Notes: generated by a model from the sequence alone, not told the origin. A stretch of 64,000 bases of DNA from an uncultured Sulfolobales archaeon (GCA_938073905.1 CALJEN010000005.1:66667-130666), one strand, 5' to 3'. Counted from the first letter of the stretch, positions 17,991 to 26,561 are shown. Program-made: numbers and translations.

Positions 17991-20654
17991 TCAGGACGAG
18001 TTCCTAGAGTACATGTCCAGGGGAAGCGCGCCCGCGACTTCGTCCCAGGATATGCCGAGCGGTATGAGGAGCTGCTCCAGGGTGGACCTGGCCACCTTCA
18101 TGTACTCGTCGATGTCTATCTCGTCTATCCTCGCGAGCTGAACGGGCTTCACCTTCTCCCTGCCCTTGACCTTCACGTAGTATATCACGTCACCCGGCTT
18201 GGCCCGCCTATCGTATGCCAGCAGCATCCTCGCGGCCTTCACGTGGGGTCCCTCGGACTTGTACTCGCCCAAGTCCTTGCTGAGCTCGTTGCTGTAGAAG
18301 ACGTCCTCCAGCGACAAGTCCTTGCTCTTGAGCTTTAGGTAGAGAGACCTTACAGACTCCTTGACCCTCTCCTTGACGGCCTCCATGGAGCCTACGTTGG
18401 GCTCGATGGTCTTGAGGGCGTCGACAACCTGAACGAACGTGCTCTTGACTATCTCCGGGATGTTCCTCTTCTTCCCCATGAGACCCTTGACGTCCACACC
18501 GCCGTCCTCCCTCACCCCGATGTAGTTCTTCTTCAGGGCGAAGACCACGTGCCTGTACATCTTGTCCATCTCGATCTCCAGCCTAAACCTCTCCGAGACC
18601 TCCTTGGCCAATCCCTCGAGGGCCTCCCGCTCCGGGTTCCACACGAAGAGGGAGTCAGTGTCTCCGTAGAGCACCTTTAGGCCGTACTTCGCGGCCACGT
18701 TTAGCGTGCTGGTGATGACGTGCCTCCCTATGGCCGTTACGGACTCGGCCAGGGCCGGCGTGTAGAAGGGGAAGCTCGCGTGGCCGAAGACCCCGTAGCT
18801 GGCGTTTATGAAGACCTTGATCGCCGACTGGACTACGTCGTACCAGCTCCTGAGCTCTCTCGGGAGGCTCTTATCCTTCGCTAGCCTCTTGTAGATCCTG
18901 ACCCTGAAGTCTCTCAGGATCGATATCGTCTGCGACGTTATCCCCTCGAAGTCCATGCACACCCTGTGGAGGACGCGGCCGGACTCGTCCCTCACGTCGG
19001 CGAGCTTCCTGCACGAGCCCTGAGGGGGGTCTACTGTTTCGTAGCTCAGGTTCCAGACGACCATGATGGATGGGTACAGGGACGCGAAGTCCAGCACGGC
19101 GACGTTGAAGTACACTCCCGAGATCGGCTCGATGACTATAGCACCTGCGAACCTCTTCCCCAGCTTGGAAGCCGTCTTGACCTCTCCCTTGAGCGAGAGG
19201 ATGTCTGACTGGTTGGGTATCAGGTAGCCCCTCCTCCTGTGCTCCCAGAAGAGGAGGCTCTTGATCCACGCCGAGACCTTGCGCCTGGTGACCTCCTCCA
19301 GGCCTAGCTTGGATATACGCGCCATCAAGACCATGAGCTTCCAGACCAGCTTGTCGTTGAAGCCTACGAGCTTCAGCGTTAGCTCCGCGTCCCTCAGGTT
19401 GTACCTGACGAGGTCGCAGAGAGACAGCGCGGAGACCCCCATCTCTATCTCCACCTTCGACTCCCCCAGGAGGGCCTTGGCGACGGCGTCCAGGGTCTTC
19501 TCCTTGTAGGCCGAGCCGAAGGCGTAGTTCTGCACGGCTTCGATGTCGAAGAACCTGAAGAGGTCTATGTGGATCCCGTGCCTCAGAGTTATGTAGTCTT
19601 CGACCACCTCGAAGGGTATCGAGAACCTCTCCACTCCCAGAACGAGGGATCTGTTGATTATGTACGGTAGGTCGAACGAGTCCCCGTTGAAGGTCAGGAC
19701 TACGTGGTAGGACTCGACGGTCCTGAAGAGCTCTAGCAGGAGAGACCTCTCGCTGTCGAAGAGCTCGACGGTGCAGTCCCCTGGGAGGGACGCCGGGTCT
19801 CCGAAGTCCATCTGCCTGGCCAAGACGAGGACCCTCTTTGAGCCGTCGGAGCCGACCAGGGCCGCACTTATCACTGGGTAGTTCGCCTCCTCGGGGTCCG
19901 GCACGCGGGTCTCTATCGGGGTGTACACCTCCACGTCGATCGCGAGAGTCCTGGGCTCCGGAGGCTTCTCCTCGAAGAGCTCGGCGAACTCCAGGAAGTA
20001 GGACATCCTCTCGGGAGAGTGGCCTTCGACGAGCTTCGACAGGAGGGCCATGGCGGTCTCGCTCACCCTGACCCTGTTACGAGAGATCCTCCCGCCCTCC
20101 ACTGTGTACCTCATGCCGGGCACGAGCTGCAGGTCGTACACGTAGTTCTGGTGGTACTTTATCTTGGCCTCGTATGCCCTGCCCACGTAGTTCCTGAGCC
20201 CTCTCACGGCCAGGGGGTCCCTGGTCACGACCTTCGTCAGGGTGACGCGCCTCATCCTGAGCAGGTCGACCTTCTCGACCAGCTCGAAGGACTCGAAGGA
20301 CTCGTGCTCGACGATCTTCCTGTTGCTAGCCAGCTCCTCGGGAGGGGAATCCGTGAGGAAGTAGGGCTTGTGCCCCGTGGGGTCGAAGACCACGTACACC
20401 TTGCCGTCCTCCTCGGAGTAGAGCTTCATGTACGCCCTGCCGTACTCGCCGGAGTAGTATGTCCCGAGGAGGTACGCACCGCTCACCGAGCTGACCACCT
20501 CGTAGGGCACCGGAGAAGTCAAGGTGTTGGTGCTCAGGCTCTTCGGACTGAGCCTCACTACCACTATAGACTTTCCCAGTTCCTTGACTACCTTCCTTAC
20601 AGCGAAGGCCTCGAGACTGCTCGAGCTCCTTCCTGCCCCCTGATTCTTCCGCAA
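17991..20654 (-). CDS. polB: Family B DNA polymerase (crenarchaeal PolB1-size)
   Basis: Exo I is AIDVEV, motif A is DFASLYPSI and motif C is YGDTDS. Length is 887 aa. The TTG start is preceded by TTTTTAATA 33 nt upstream. Confidence 0.95.
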   Translation of the reverse strand: MRKNQGAGRSSSSLEAFAVRKVVKELGKSIVVVRLSPKSLSTNTLTSPVPYEVVSSVSGAYLLGTYYSGEYGRAYMKLYSEEDGKVYVVFDPTGHKPYFLTDSPPEELASNRKIVEHESFESFELVEKVDLLRMRRVTLTKVVTRDPLAVRGLRNYVGRAYEAKIKYHQNYVYDLQLVPGMRYTVEGGRISRNRVRVSETAMALLSKLVEGHSPERMSYFLEFAELFEEKPPEPRTLAIDVEVYTPIETRVPDPEEANYPVISAALVGSDGSKRVLVLARQMDFGDPASLPGDCTVELFDSERSLLLELFRTVESYHVVLTFNGDSFDLPYIINRSLVLGVERFSIPFEVVEDYITLRHGIHIDLFRFFDIEAVQNYAFGSAYKEKTLDAVAKALLGESKVEIEMGVSALSLCDLVRYNLRDAELTLKLVGFNDKLVWKLMVLMARISKLGLEEVTRRKVSAWIKSLLFWEHRRRGYLIPNQSDILSLKGEVKTASKLGKRFAGAIVIEPISGVYFNVAVLDFASLYPSIMVVWNLSYETVDPPQGSCRKLADVRDESGRVLHRVCMDFEGITSQTISILRDFRVRIYKRLAKDKSLPRELRSWYDVVQSAIKVFINASYGVFGHASFPFYTPALAESVTAIGRHVITSTLNVAAKYGLKVLYGDTDSLFVWNPEREALEGLAKEVSERFRLEIEMDKMYRHVVFALKKNYIGVREDGGVDVKGLMGKKRNIPEIVKSTFVQVVDALKTIEPNVGSMEAVKERVKESVRSLYLKLKSKDLSLEDVFYSNELSKDLGEYKSEGPHVKAARMLLAYDRRAKPGDVIYYVKVKGREKVKPVQLARIDEIDIDEYMKVARSTLEQLLIPLGISWDEVAGALPLDMYSRNSS

Positions 20655-20686
20655 AGCTGTCTTCTAGCGCCACCTAACTAGCGGCG

Positions 20687-20695
20687 TATTAAAAA
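20687..20695 (-). promoter_or_regulatory. polB TATA box (TTTTTAATA on the - strand) embedded in a CTAGCG/CGCTAG inverted repeat
   Basis: CTAGCG at 20679-20684 and CGCTAG at 20696-20701 flank the box. A third CTAGCG lies at 20664-20669. Confidence 0.55.
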
Positions 20696-20846
20696 CGCTA
20701 GCGGCCTCCGCTCGGGCTCCGCGCTCTATCGGAGGCTCTCGGGGCGAGCAGTGCGAAAGCCGCGCGAGCTGAAGACGCCGCCCCTCAACGCCGCCACGGC
20801 CGAGCTGGGAGGCGGGAGAGCGCGAGGGCTCGAGCTGAAAAGAGGG

Positions 20847-21251
20847 TCAGCTCGCGATGGAAAACGCCGAGAAGAGCTCGGGACAGATGCGGCACACAGT
20901 GGGGTCTATCTCGGGCTCGAGCTTCTGGTGGTGACCGCAGAAGTACCTCTTGCTTAGCGCGCGGAAGGCTATCCGAAGAAGCCCCGCCTCCACCTCGTAC
21001 CGGCTCAGGCTCCCGCGGGCTACCTCCGCGGCCAGCCTCCTCAGCTCGTCCATCAGCTCGGGGCTCTCGGGGAGCTCCACCACCGCTCCCCTCTTGCGGT
21101 AGAGGTACCTGGAGACGGACGACGGCGATATCCCGAGCTTCCTAGCGACCTCCACCCTGCTCAGCTTCAGCTCCTCGTGCATTACCTCGGTGAGGACCCT
21201 CTTGAGCGCCGGGAGGACGTACCTGTAGCCCAGCTCGAGGACGGAGCTCAT
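20847..21251 (-). CDS. HTH transcriptional regulator with a C-terminal Cys/His metal-binding tail (COG2522-like)
   Basis: The HTH is LSRVEVARKLGISPSSVSRYL. The tail is CGHHQK...CRICPELF. Confidence 0.6.
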   Translation of the reverse strand: MSSVLELGYRYVLPALKRVLTEVMHEELKLSRVEVARKLGISPSSVSRYLYRKRGAVVELPESPELMDELRRLAAEVARGSLSRYEVEAGLLRIAFRALSKRYFCGHHQKLEPEIDPTVCRICPELFSAFSIAS

Positions 21252-21278
21252 GTCGGACCGCGCTAGAGCACTACCACC

Positions 21279-21947
21279 TTGCTGTACGTGGTGCCAGCGA
21301 TATTCGTGGAGACCACAATGACCTCGGGCCGGCTATACGAACTGGTGGTCTCGGGGACGTTACCGGTCGAGAGGGTCGCAGTCTACGGAGCAGCGGGATC
21401 GATCCACCTGTTGGAGTGGGCCGACCTGAGGGGAACTCTTAAGACCGCTGTACTCGCACCCCACGTGAGCGAGCCGGTGCGCCTCACGCTGTACGCGGAA
21501 TCCGACTGGTTCTACGTGGGGCGGACTATCTACGTGAACCCGCCTGGAGTCTACGAGGTCGTCGGGAAGCTCGAGGAGTCGATCGGGAGGCTGGAGACCT
21601 CCCTGGCGGTCGAGCGCGAGAGGATAGACAGGCTGAGCCGAGCGGTGGAGGAGCTGAGGCCGGAGTTGCGGAGCCTCGCCGAGGAGCTCGGGAGGCTGAG
21701 GGAGTCCGTCGCTGCCGAGATCGGAAAGCTGAGCGCGACCCTGAGCGAAGCACTCTCCTCGATCGCAGACCTGAGGCAATATGCGGCGAGCTTAGAAGCA
21801 TCCCTCAGCACCGAGCGCGAGAGGATAGACAGGCTTGGCCGGGAGATGGATAAACTCGGGCTAGAGCTCCTGAACCTCGTCGGGGAGCTCGGGAAGCTGA
21901 GCACAACTCTAAGCGACGCCCTCTACTCGATCGCGGACCTAAGGTAG
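21279..21947 (+). CDS. N-terminal part of a coiled-coil protein, ending at an in-frame TAG
   Basis: A beta-rich N-domain is followed by two tandem coiled-coil modules. TAG at 21945-21947 replaces the Gln of the DLRQY motif found in the previous module. The same frame continues into ORF 21960-22286. Confidence 0.6.
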   Translation: MLYVVPAIFVETTMTSGRLYELVVSGTLPVERVAVYGAAGSIHLLEWADLRGTLKTAVLAPHVSEPVRLTLYAESDWFYVGRTIYVNPPGVYEVVGKLEESIGRLETSLAVERERIDRLSRAVEELRPELRSLAEELGRLRESVAAEIGKLSATLSEALSSIADLRQYAASLEASLSTERERIDRLGREMDKLGLELLNLVGELGKLSTTLSDALYSIADLR

Positions 21948-21959
21948 TACACGGAGAAC
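21591..21959 (+). repeat. Tandem, diverged coding repeat (coiled-coil module, about 67 aa and about 56 aa)
   Basis: Module 1 starts at 21591 and module 2 at 21792. They share an identical 23-nt core, GAGCGCGAGAGGATAGACAGGCT, and a conserved end encoding S-I-A-D-L-R. Confidence 0.8.
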
Positions 21960-22286
21960 TTGGGTACTAAGGTATCGGTCCTCGGTACCAAGGTATCTGG
22001 AGTGGAAGAGGGGGTCTCGAAGCTCAGGCTAGACCTCGACGAGACTAGGTCAAGACTGAACAGCGTGGAGGGAGAAGTGACGGACCTAAGAGCTTCCCAT
22101 GAACAGGTCTCTGCGGGACTCGAGAAACTCTCCGCCAGCGTCCGCAAGGAGCTCGATCTGGTCTCGAGAGACCTAAGCCAGCTCTCGACCACGACCGGAA
22201 CCTTGCAGACGGTGTCCGTCGCGGCTCTGGCCCTGGCCTCCCTGGCTCTTCTCGCCGTGCTCTCGAGGGCTTTGCGCAGGCGCTGA
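21960..22286 (+). CDS. C-terminal part of the same coiled-coil protein, with a C-terminal TM anchor
   Basis: It is in frame with 21279-21947, separated by only 4 codons after the TAG. The coiled coil ends in VSVAALALASLALLAVLSRALRRR, a tail anchor. Confidence 0.55.
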   Translation: MGTKVSVLGTKVSGVEEGVSKLRLDLDETRSRLNSVEGEVTDLRASHEQVSAGLEKLSASVRKELDLVSRDLSQLSTTTGTLQTVSVAALALASLALLAVLSRALRRR

Positions 22287-22680
22287 GCCCCTCCGAGAGT
22301 GTCCACAAAACTTTTCGCTCCAGTTGCCTGTTGGGCCGGAGAGCTTTTCCCGCTCTCTCACAACTTGGGTGTTGGGCGTACTCAGAGTAGTGCTTCCGGT
22401 GTAGCTCCTTGGTACTTTCACTGCGTCAATCCCAAATCCCAGTTGCTCAGGGCTTCCTTCGAGAAATACTGGAAGAGAGGAGGGGAGTGCTCGTGCAGGC
22501 CTCCCGAGGTTTCGACCGCGTTGCAAGCTCTCTTCCCGAGGGGCCGCCCCGCTTCCCCTATCCTGCCCGCATCTTAGTCCTAGAACGAGGCAAGACCCCA
22601 CTTCCCGCGTCGAGTGCTAGAGAGTGTCCGGGTAGGCGAAGATGGGCTCACGGACAGCCTGTGGATCGACAGAGAGGCAG

Positions 22681-23424
22681 TTAGTCCAGCTCCACGGGCA
22701 GGTCGGCGTTCTCGAGCACCACCCACCCGTCGTCGGCGAGGTAGAAGCTCACCGCCCTGAGCTCGACCCCCCTCTCGAGAGCGTGCTTCAGGACGCCCGG
22801 CATCTCGGGGTCTCCGGACCGGTTCGGCTTGAAGGCGGACACCCCGGGCAGGGACGCGGTGAACACCACCAGCGGTCTGTAGACCCGGGCCGAGTCTGCT
22901 AGGGCTCTCACCTGCCTCCTGCCCCTGGCGGTCGGGCAGTCCGGGTAGGAGGCGTAGCGGCCGATCCTCAAGACGGCGCTCTTCAGCTCCACGAGCCTCG
23001 GCCCCTCGGGGCACTCGAGGGCGTAGTCCACGACCTCGCTCCCCAGTCTGAAGTTCCTCCTGGAGACCCTGCAGGCGGGGGAGAGCCAGGGCAGGAGGCC
23101 CCCGCTCACCAGGTGCTCGAACACCCTGCTCTGCGTGAGGGTGTCCACGATAGCGTAGCCGCCCACGTCCTCGACGGCCACGAGCCTGTACCTGAGCCTC
23201 GGCCCGCCTATGGTGGTGCAGAGACCCCTCCTGCCCGGCACCAGGTACTCGGCGAGCCTCCCGGTGTTAGTCAGGTGCGCTAGAGCGGACATGCCGCCCA
23301 CCTCGACCGTTACTACGAACCTGCCCACTCTGCCCACCACGCGGCACTCCACCAGGCCGTCCAGCTTGAGGAGCTTGAGCAAGGCGGGCACCGCGGACCG
23401 AGCGACCCCCTCTGGACCCAGCAT
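22681..23424 (-). CDS. sfsA: SfsA-family (sugar fermentation stimulation protein homolog) nuclease-fold protein
   Basis: Typical SfsA length of 247 aa, with the blocks RVGRFVVTVEVGG...AHLTNTGRL...VEVKSAV-like. Confidence 0.8.
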   Translation of the reverse strand: MLGPEGVARSAVPALLKLLKLDGLVECRVVGRVGRFVVTVEVGGMSALAHLTNTGRLAEYLVPGRRGLCTTIGGPRLRYRLVAVEDVGGYAIVDTLTQSRVFEHLVSGGLLPWLSPACRVSRRNFRLGSEVVDYALECPEGPRLVELKSAVLRIGRYASYPDCPTARGRRQVRALADSARVYRPLVVFTASLPGVSAFKPNRSGDPEMPGVLKHALERGVELRAVSFYLADDGWVVLENADLPVELD

Positions 23425-23478
23425 GGTCTCAATTAAGCTCGGCGGGCCGAGCGGTGAACTGGGTAGCGTACCGAGGGC

Positions 23479-23973
23479 GTGCTCGCGGAAGCTCTATATT
23501 TGTCTCCAAATGAAATGGCGGACGTGGCGGAGATCGTGGGTTGGGCGAGCGAGAAGCCGAGAGCTGCCTTCGCTCTCTCTTTGGTTGCCGGCGTCTTGAT
23601 ACTGCTGGGCGGAGTGGTCGGGGCGATCGTGGGCGCGATCGGTGGAGCGATGGTCGAGAGGATCCCCGGGTTCGAGTTCAGAGGCACGACTATCTTTAGA
23701 GACCTGGTCGGGCTAATACTCCGGATAATCGTGATCCTAGGGGCTCTCGAGCTAGCGTTCGGGATAGTTGTGATAGTCGGCGCCGTCATGATCAACAGTG
23801 GAGAGCCGGGGAAGGTGAGGACAGGCTCGATCATGGTGCTCGTCTTCTCAGCCTTAAGCCGGGCCGTAGGTTTAACGGGGGGTTTCACTATAGGCTTCAT
23901 CCTAGGTCTCGTCGGGGGCATACTGGGTCTGATATGGGAACCGCGAACCGCGGGCCAAGTCCGCGAGACCTGA
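23479..23973 (+). CDS. Small Gly/Ile/Val-rich membrane protein
   Basis: Four hydrophobic segments. TATA-like CTATATTTG lies at about 23492. The true start may be the GTG near 23523. The long antisense ORF 23433-24230 is low-complexity and was rejected. Confidence 0.5.
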   Translation: MLAEALYLSPNEMADVAEIVGWASEKPRAAFALSLVAGVLILLGGVVGAIVGAIGGAMVERIPGFEFRGTTIFRDLVGLILRIIVILGALELAFGIVVIVGAVMINSGEPGKVRTGSIMVLVFSALSRAVGLTGGFTIGFILGLVGGILGLIWEPRTAGQVRET

Positions 23974-24166
23974 TGGGATACGGTCCGCCGTTCGCCCCTC
24001 TCTAGCGCAAGGCGGGGCGCGAGGCGACCGTATCTGCCTAGCTCTACCTCCCACCTATGGAAGTCCCCAGTGAATAGGGTCGCGCTCGTTCCGTAACCGT
24101 GTAAAACTAAATACCGGGTGCGAGGCATAGCCGCCCGCCCACCGCGGGAGCCTTCGGGGTCGCCGA

Positions 24167-24175
24167 CCTTATTAA
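24167..24175 (+). promoter_or_regulatory. TATA box CTTATTAAG for the M20 peptidase gene
   Basis: Lies 30 nt upstream of the in-frame TTG at 24205. Confidence 0.5.
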
Positions 24176-24204
24176 GAGCCAGCGATCGCACACCGGTGCC
24201 ACGG

Positions 24205-25539
24205 TTGGGTGCGGAACAGCAGGTAGTCAAGCTGCTGGAAGTCCTGGTCTCCTACAACACCGTGAACGACCCGGAGAGAGGCCTTAAGCCCTCGCGAGAT
24301 CTCGCGGACTTCATCTCCGAGTGGCTCGGCGAGCGCGGCATCCACTCGGAGGTGGTGGAGTCCGGTGGCTACTACAGCGTCCTCGGACTCCTCGGCAGGG
24401 AGCCTCCCTGCGTGGGGCTCCTGGCGCACCTCGATACCGTTCCCGCGGTGCCCGAGAGGTGGAGCTACGACCCCTTCAGGCTGACCGTGGTCGGCGGCAG
24501 GGCCTACGGCAGGGGAGCCCTGGACGACAAGTCGAACGTGGCGTCCATTCTCCTAGCCCTCGAGAGGCTCAGGGAGTCCAGGACGGACTGCGGGGTCGTC
24601 TTCGCGTTCACGGGAGACGAGGAGGTAGGCGGGGCCAACGGAGCCCTCGTCGTCTCCCGGAGGCTCGAGACCTCCGGCCTCCTCCCGAAGTACCTGGTAA
24701 ACGGGGACGGAATGGGCATGGTCCCCATCGTGAGGAGGAGGAAGGCGTTCAGCGTGGAGGTCCTCGTCCGGCCCAGGAAGGCTCTGGTCAGGGGGGTGGT
24801 CGGGACTGCCAGGTTCTCGGCGTACTACCCCGTGTCTCAGCACGCGCATGCGGCCTACTTCGTGAGCGGTGCCGACTCCCACCCGCTGATAGCTGCCTCG
24901 ATCTTCGTCAGGGAGACCGGTGCCCTCGTCAGGAACATCAAGGGGCGGTTCCTGAAGTCCAACGTCGTCCCCCCCGAGGTGGAGCTCGAGTACGTGCTCC
25001 CGGACCCCTCGGGCGTCGAGGTCGAGGTGGACGAGGGGCTCACGGAGCTCGTGAGGGCCTTGCTGCCCATAGTCAAGACCCCCGTCAGGACGAGGGCTTT
25101 TAGCGAGTACGGGGTCAGCGCCACCCCGAACGTCTACGACTACTCGCAGGGCCGCCACAGGATAGTCGCCGACGTGCGAGCGATGGCTCTGAAGGAGGAC
25201 GTGGAGGAGCCTCTGAGGGAGGTAGTGAGGGAATGCCTGCCCGAGGCGGACGTCGGGGTCAGGACCGATGCCGGCGGCTACGTGTATACCCCGCCGGACT
25301 CCAAGGTCGTCGAAGCGCTGTCGGCCTCGCTCAGGGAGGTGGGAGTGAGTCCCCGCCTAGCCGAGGGCGCTGGGGCGAGCGACTCCAGGCACTTCGCACC
25401 CCTCGGCGTCGAGGTCGTGGACATAGGTCCCAGGGGCGGCAACATGCACGGAGACGACGAGTACGTGGAGCTAGACTCTCTCGCCCTAATGCCGGTGGTC
25501 TACTACAGGACCGTGAAGAGGTTGACCGGGGGGTCGTGA
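24205..25539 (+). CDS. M20-family metallopeptidase/deacylase (ArgE/DapE/LysK-like)
   Basis: Motifs are LLAHLDTVP, GRGALDDKS and FTGDEEVGG. The start was trimmed from 24118 to the TTG after the TATA box. Confidence 0.8.
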   Translation: MGAEQQVVKLLEVLVSYNTVNDPERGLKPSRDLADFISEWLGERGIHSEVVESGGYYSVLGLLGREPPCVGLLAHLDTVPAVPERWSYDPFRLTVVGGRAYGRGALDDKSNVASILLALERLRESRTDCGVVFAFTGDEEVGGANGALVVSRRLETSGLLPKYLVNGDGMGMVPIVRRRKAFSVEVLVRPRKALVRGVVGTARFSAYYPVSQHAHAAYFVSGADSHPLIAASIFVRETGALVRNIKGRFLKSNVVPPEVELEYVLPDPSGVEVEVDEGLTELVRALLPIVKTPVRTRAFSEYGVSATPNVYDYSQGRHRIVADVRAMALKEDVEEPLREVVRECLPEADVGVRTDAGGYVYTPPDSKVVEALSASLREVGVSPRLAEGAGASDSRHFAPLGVEVVDIGPRGGNMHGDDEYVELDSLALMPVVYYRTVKRLTGGS

Positions 25540-25580
25540 GCTCCCGGAGAAGCCGGCGGTCTTCGGTGCCGAGAGGAGAG

Positions 25581-25588
25581 CTTATAAG
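25581..25588 (+). promoter_or_regulatory. TATA box CTTATAAG for the initiator tRNA
   Basis: Lies 34 nt upstream of tRNA position 1. Confidence 0.6.
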
Positions 25589-25621
25589 CTTTCTGGTGCT
25601 AGAGCCTGAGGGGGTCAAGGC

Positions 25622-25716
25622 AGCGGGGTGGGGTAGCCTGGTAGCCCGCGGGGCTCATATGGGCGATCCCCTGTGAGACCCCGAGGTCGGTGGTTCAAAT
25701 CCACCCCCCGCTACCA
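25622..25716 (+). tRNA. Initiator tRNA-Met (anticodon CAT) with an 18-nt intron at the canonical 37/38 position; CCA is encoded
   Basis: The cloverleaf can be drawn by hand. The acceptor stem is AGCGGGG/CCCCGCU, with the A1:U72 pair typical of archaeal initiators. The anticodon stem is CGGGG/CCCCG (three G-C pairs), the anticodon is at 25656-25658 and the T arm is GGUGG-UUCAAAU-CCACC. The intron at 25660-25677 can pair with the anticodon loop (CUCA/UGAG). Confidence 0.9.
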
Positions 25717-25826
25717 CCCCCCGCCATGCTCCCTCTAGGAGAACTGCCCCGAGTCCGGTCGCGTCGGGGTCTCGCGGCTGCCGCCCGAGAGCTTTTAAAG
25801 ACTCTCCCGGGTACTGAACGGTCGAG

Positions 25827-26561
25827 ATGAGCGAGGTAAGCGAGGTAGTCCACCCGCTGAGGCGGGACGTCAAAGTGCTCGCCATGAAGCTCCTCTCTGC
25901 CCTAAAGGACTTCTACACGTTCAAGGAGCTGGAGGACATCCTCGGGGTGCCCTACCAGATGCTCTGGCGCTACACCAGCTTCTTGACGACGCCCGAGGAG
26001 GGGACCGCGAAGAGGCTGATGCAGGTGATCAGGGAGAAGAAGTTGATAGAGAGCACCTTCGAGAGGAGCTTTGCGAGAACCAGGGACCTGGGCGATATAT
26101 GGAGCGTGGTCAAGAACATAGGCTTCCTCGACCTCGTGTCCTTCGAGGCCCTGGAGCTCCTGGACGGCGAGGGCGCGGACGGGGTGCTGGCGTTCCCCGA
26201 GGAGTCGGGCATTCTGGGCGCCGTGATAGCCCACTGGATCAGGGGCGACGTCTGCGTAACGACGAGGACGGTCTCGCCTGGCGAGGCGCTGGTGGAGTAC
26301 TACAGAGACGGAACCATGGGGCTGAACTTCATAGCGGTGAGCAGGGGCTGCATTCCCAAGAAGGGGAAGGTTGTCCTGGCGACCATTCTCCTCAACAACA
26401 AAGAGCTGCTGGAGGCCGCGGTGACCGCGGTCAGGAAGAGCGGGGCCCAGCCGGTGGCCCTCGTGGCCGTGTTTGCCGTTGGCGAGAGCTGGGGAAAGAT
26501 CGCCGAGGACTTGGGCCTACACAGGTACAGGATCTTTAAATATCTCACGGTAAACCGCTAG
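25827..26561 (+). CDS. HTH plus phosphoribosyltransferase-like fold protein (putative regulator)
   Basis: The N-terminal wHTH-like region is FKELEDILGVPYQMLWRY. The C-terminal half has a PRTase-like hydrophobic strand-loop (KVVLATILLNN), but the acidic PRPP motif is not conserved. TATA TTTTAAAG lies about 30 nt upstream. Confidence 0.4.
   Translation: MSEVSEVVHPLRRDVKVLAMKLLSALKDFYTFKELEDILGVPYQMLWRYTSFLTTPEEGTAKRLMQVIREKKLIESTFERSFARTRDLGDIWSVVKNIGFLDLVSFEALELLDGEGADGVLAFPEESGILGAVIAHWIRGDVCVTTRTVSPGEALVEYYRDGTMGLNFIAVSRGCIPKKGKVVLATILLNNKELLEAAVTAVRKSGAQPVALVAVFAVGESWGKIAEDLGLHRYRIFKYLTVNR
26534..26543 (+). promoter_or_regulatory. Strong TATA box CTTTAAATAT inside the 3' end of the preceding gene
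   Basis: It is the only A/T-rich decamer nearby. The predicted start site, near 26562-26567, coincides with the 5' strand of a closing helix. Confidence 0.5.

Noticed and set aside
18712-18718. Isolated C-box-like heptamers (RUGAUGA) inside or antisense to coding regions, for example at 18712, 15537, 49802, 51014, 51363, 54481, 57340, 59655 and 61641
   Set aside because: None has a CUGA D' or D box at the required 12-nt spacing or a second C'/D pair. These are expected chance occurrences.
21945-21947. The in-frame TAG read as pyrrolysine
   Set aside because: No pyl genes are visible in the window, and the gene content is crenarchaeal rather than that of a methylotrophic methanogen. I cannot support recoding to Pyl, so I reported it as a nonsense, read-through or split-gene question instead.
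21591-21959. The tandem repeat as a CRISPR-like array
   Set aside because: There are only two long (about 170-200 nt) diverged units inside an open reading frame that encodes heptad-like coiled coil. There is no short repeat/spacer periodicity.
23433-24230. A 265-aa ORF antisense to the small membrane-protein gene
   Set aside because: The sequence is low-complexity Pro/Thr/Ala/Ile repeats that mirror the Gly/Ile/Val-rich sense gene. It has no promoter and no recognisable motif.
24321-25158. Long alternative-frame and antisense ORFs (24321-25103 +, 24553-25158 -) inside the M20 peptidase gene
   Set aside because: They are extremely Arg/Gly-rich. The M20 frame carries the conserved HxD, DDKS and GDEE motifs, so these are shadow ORFs.
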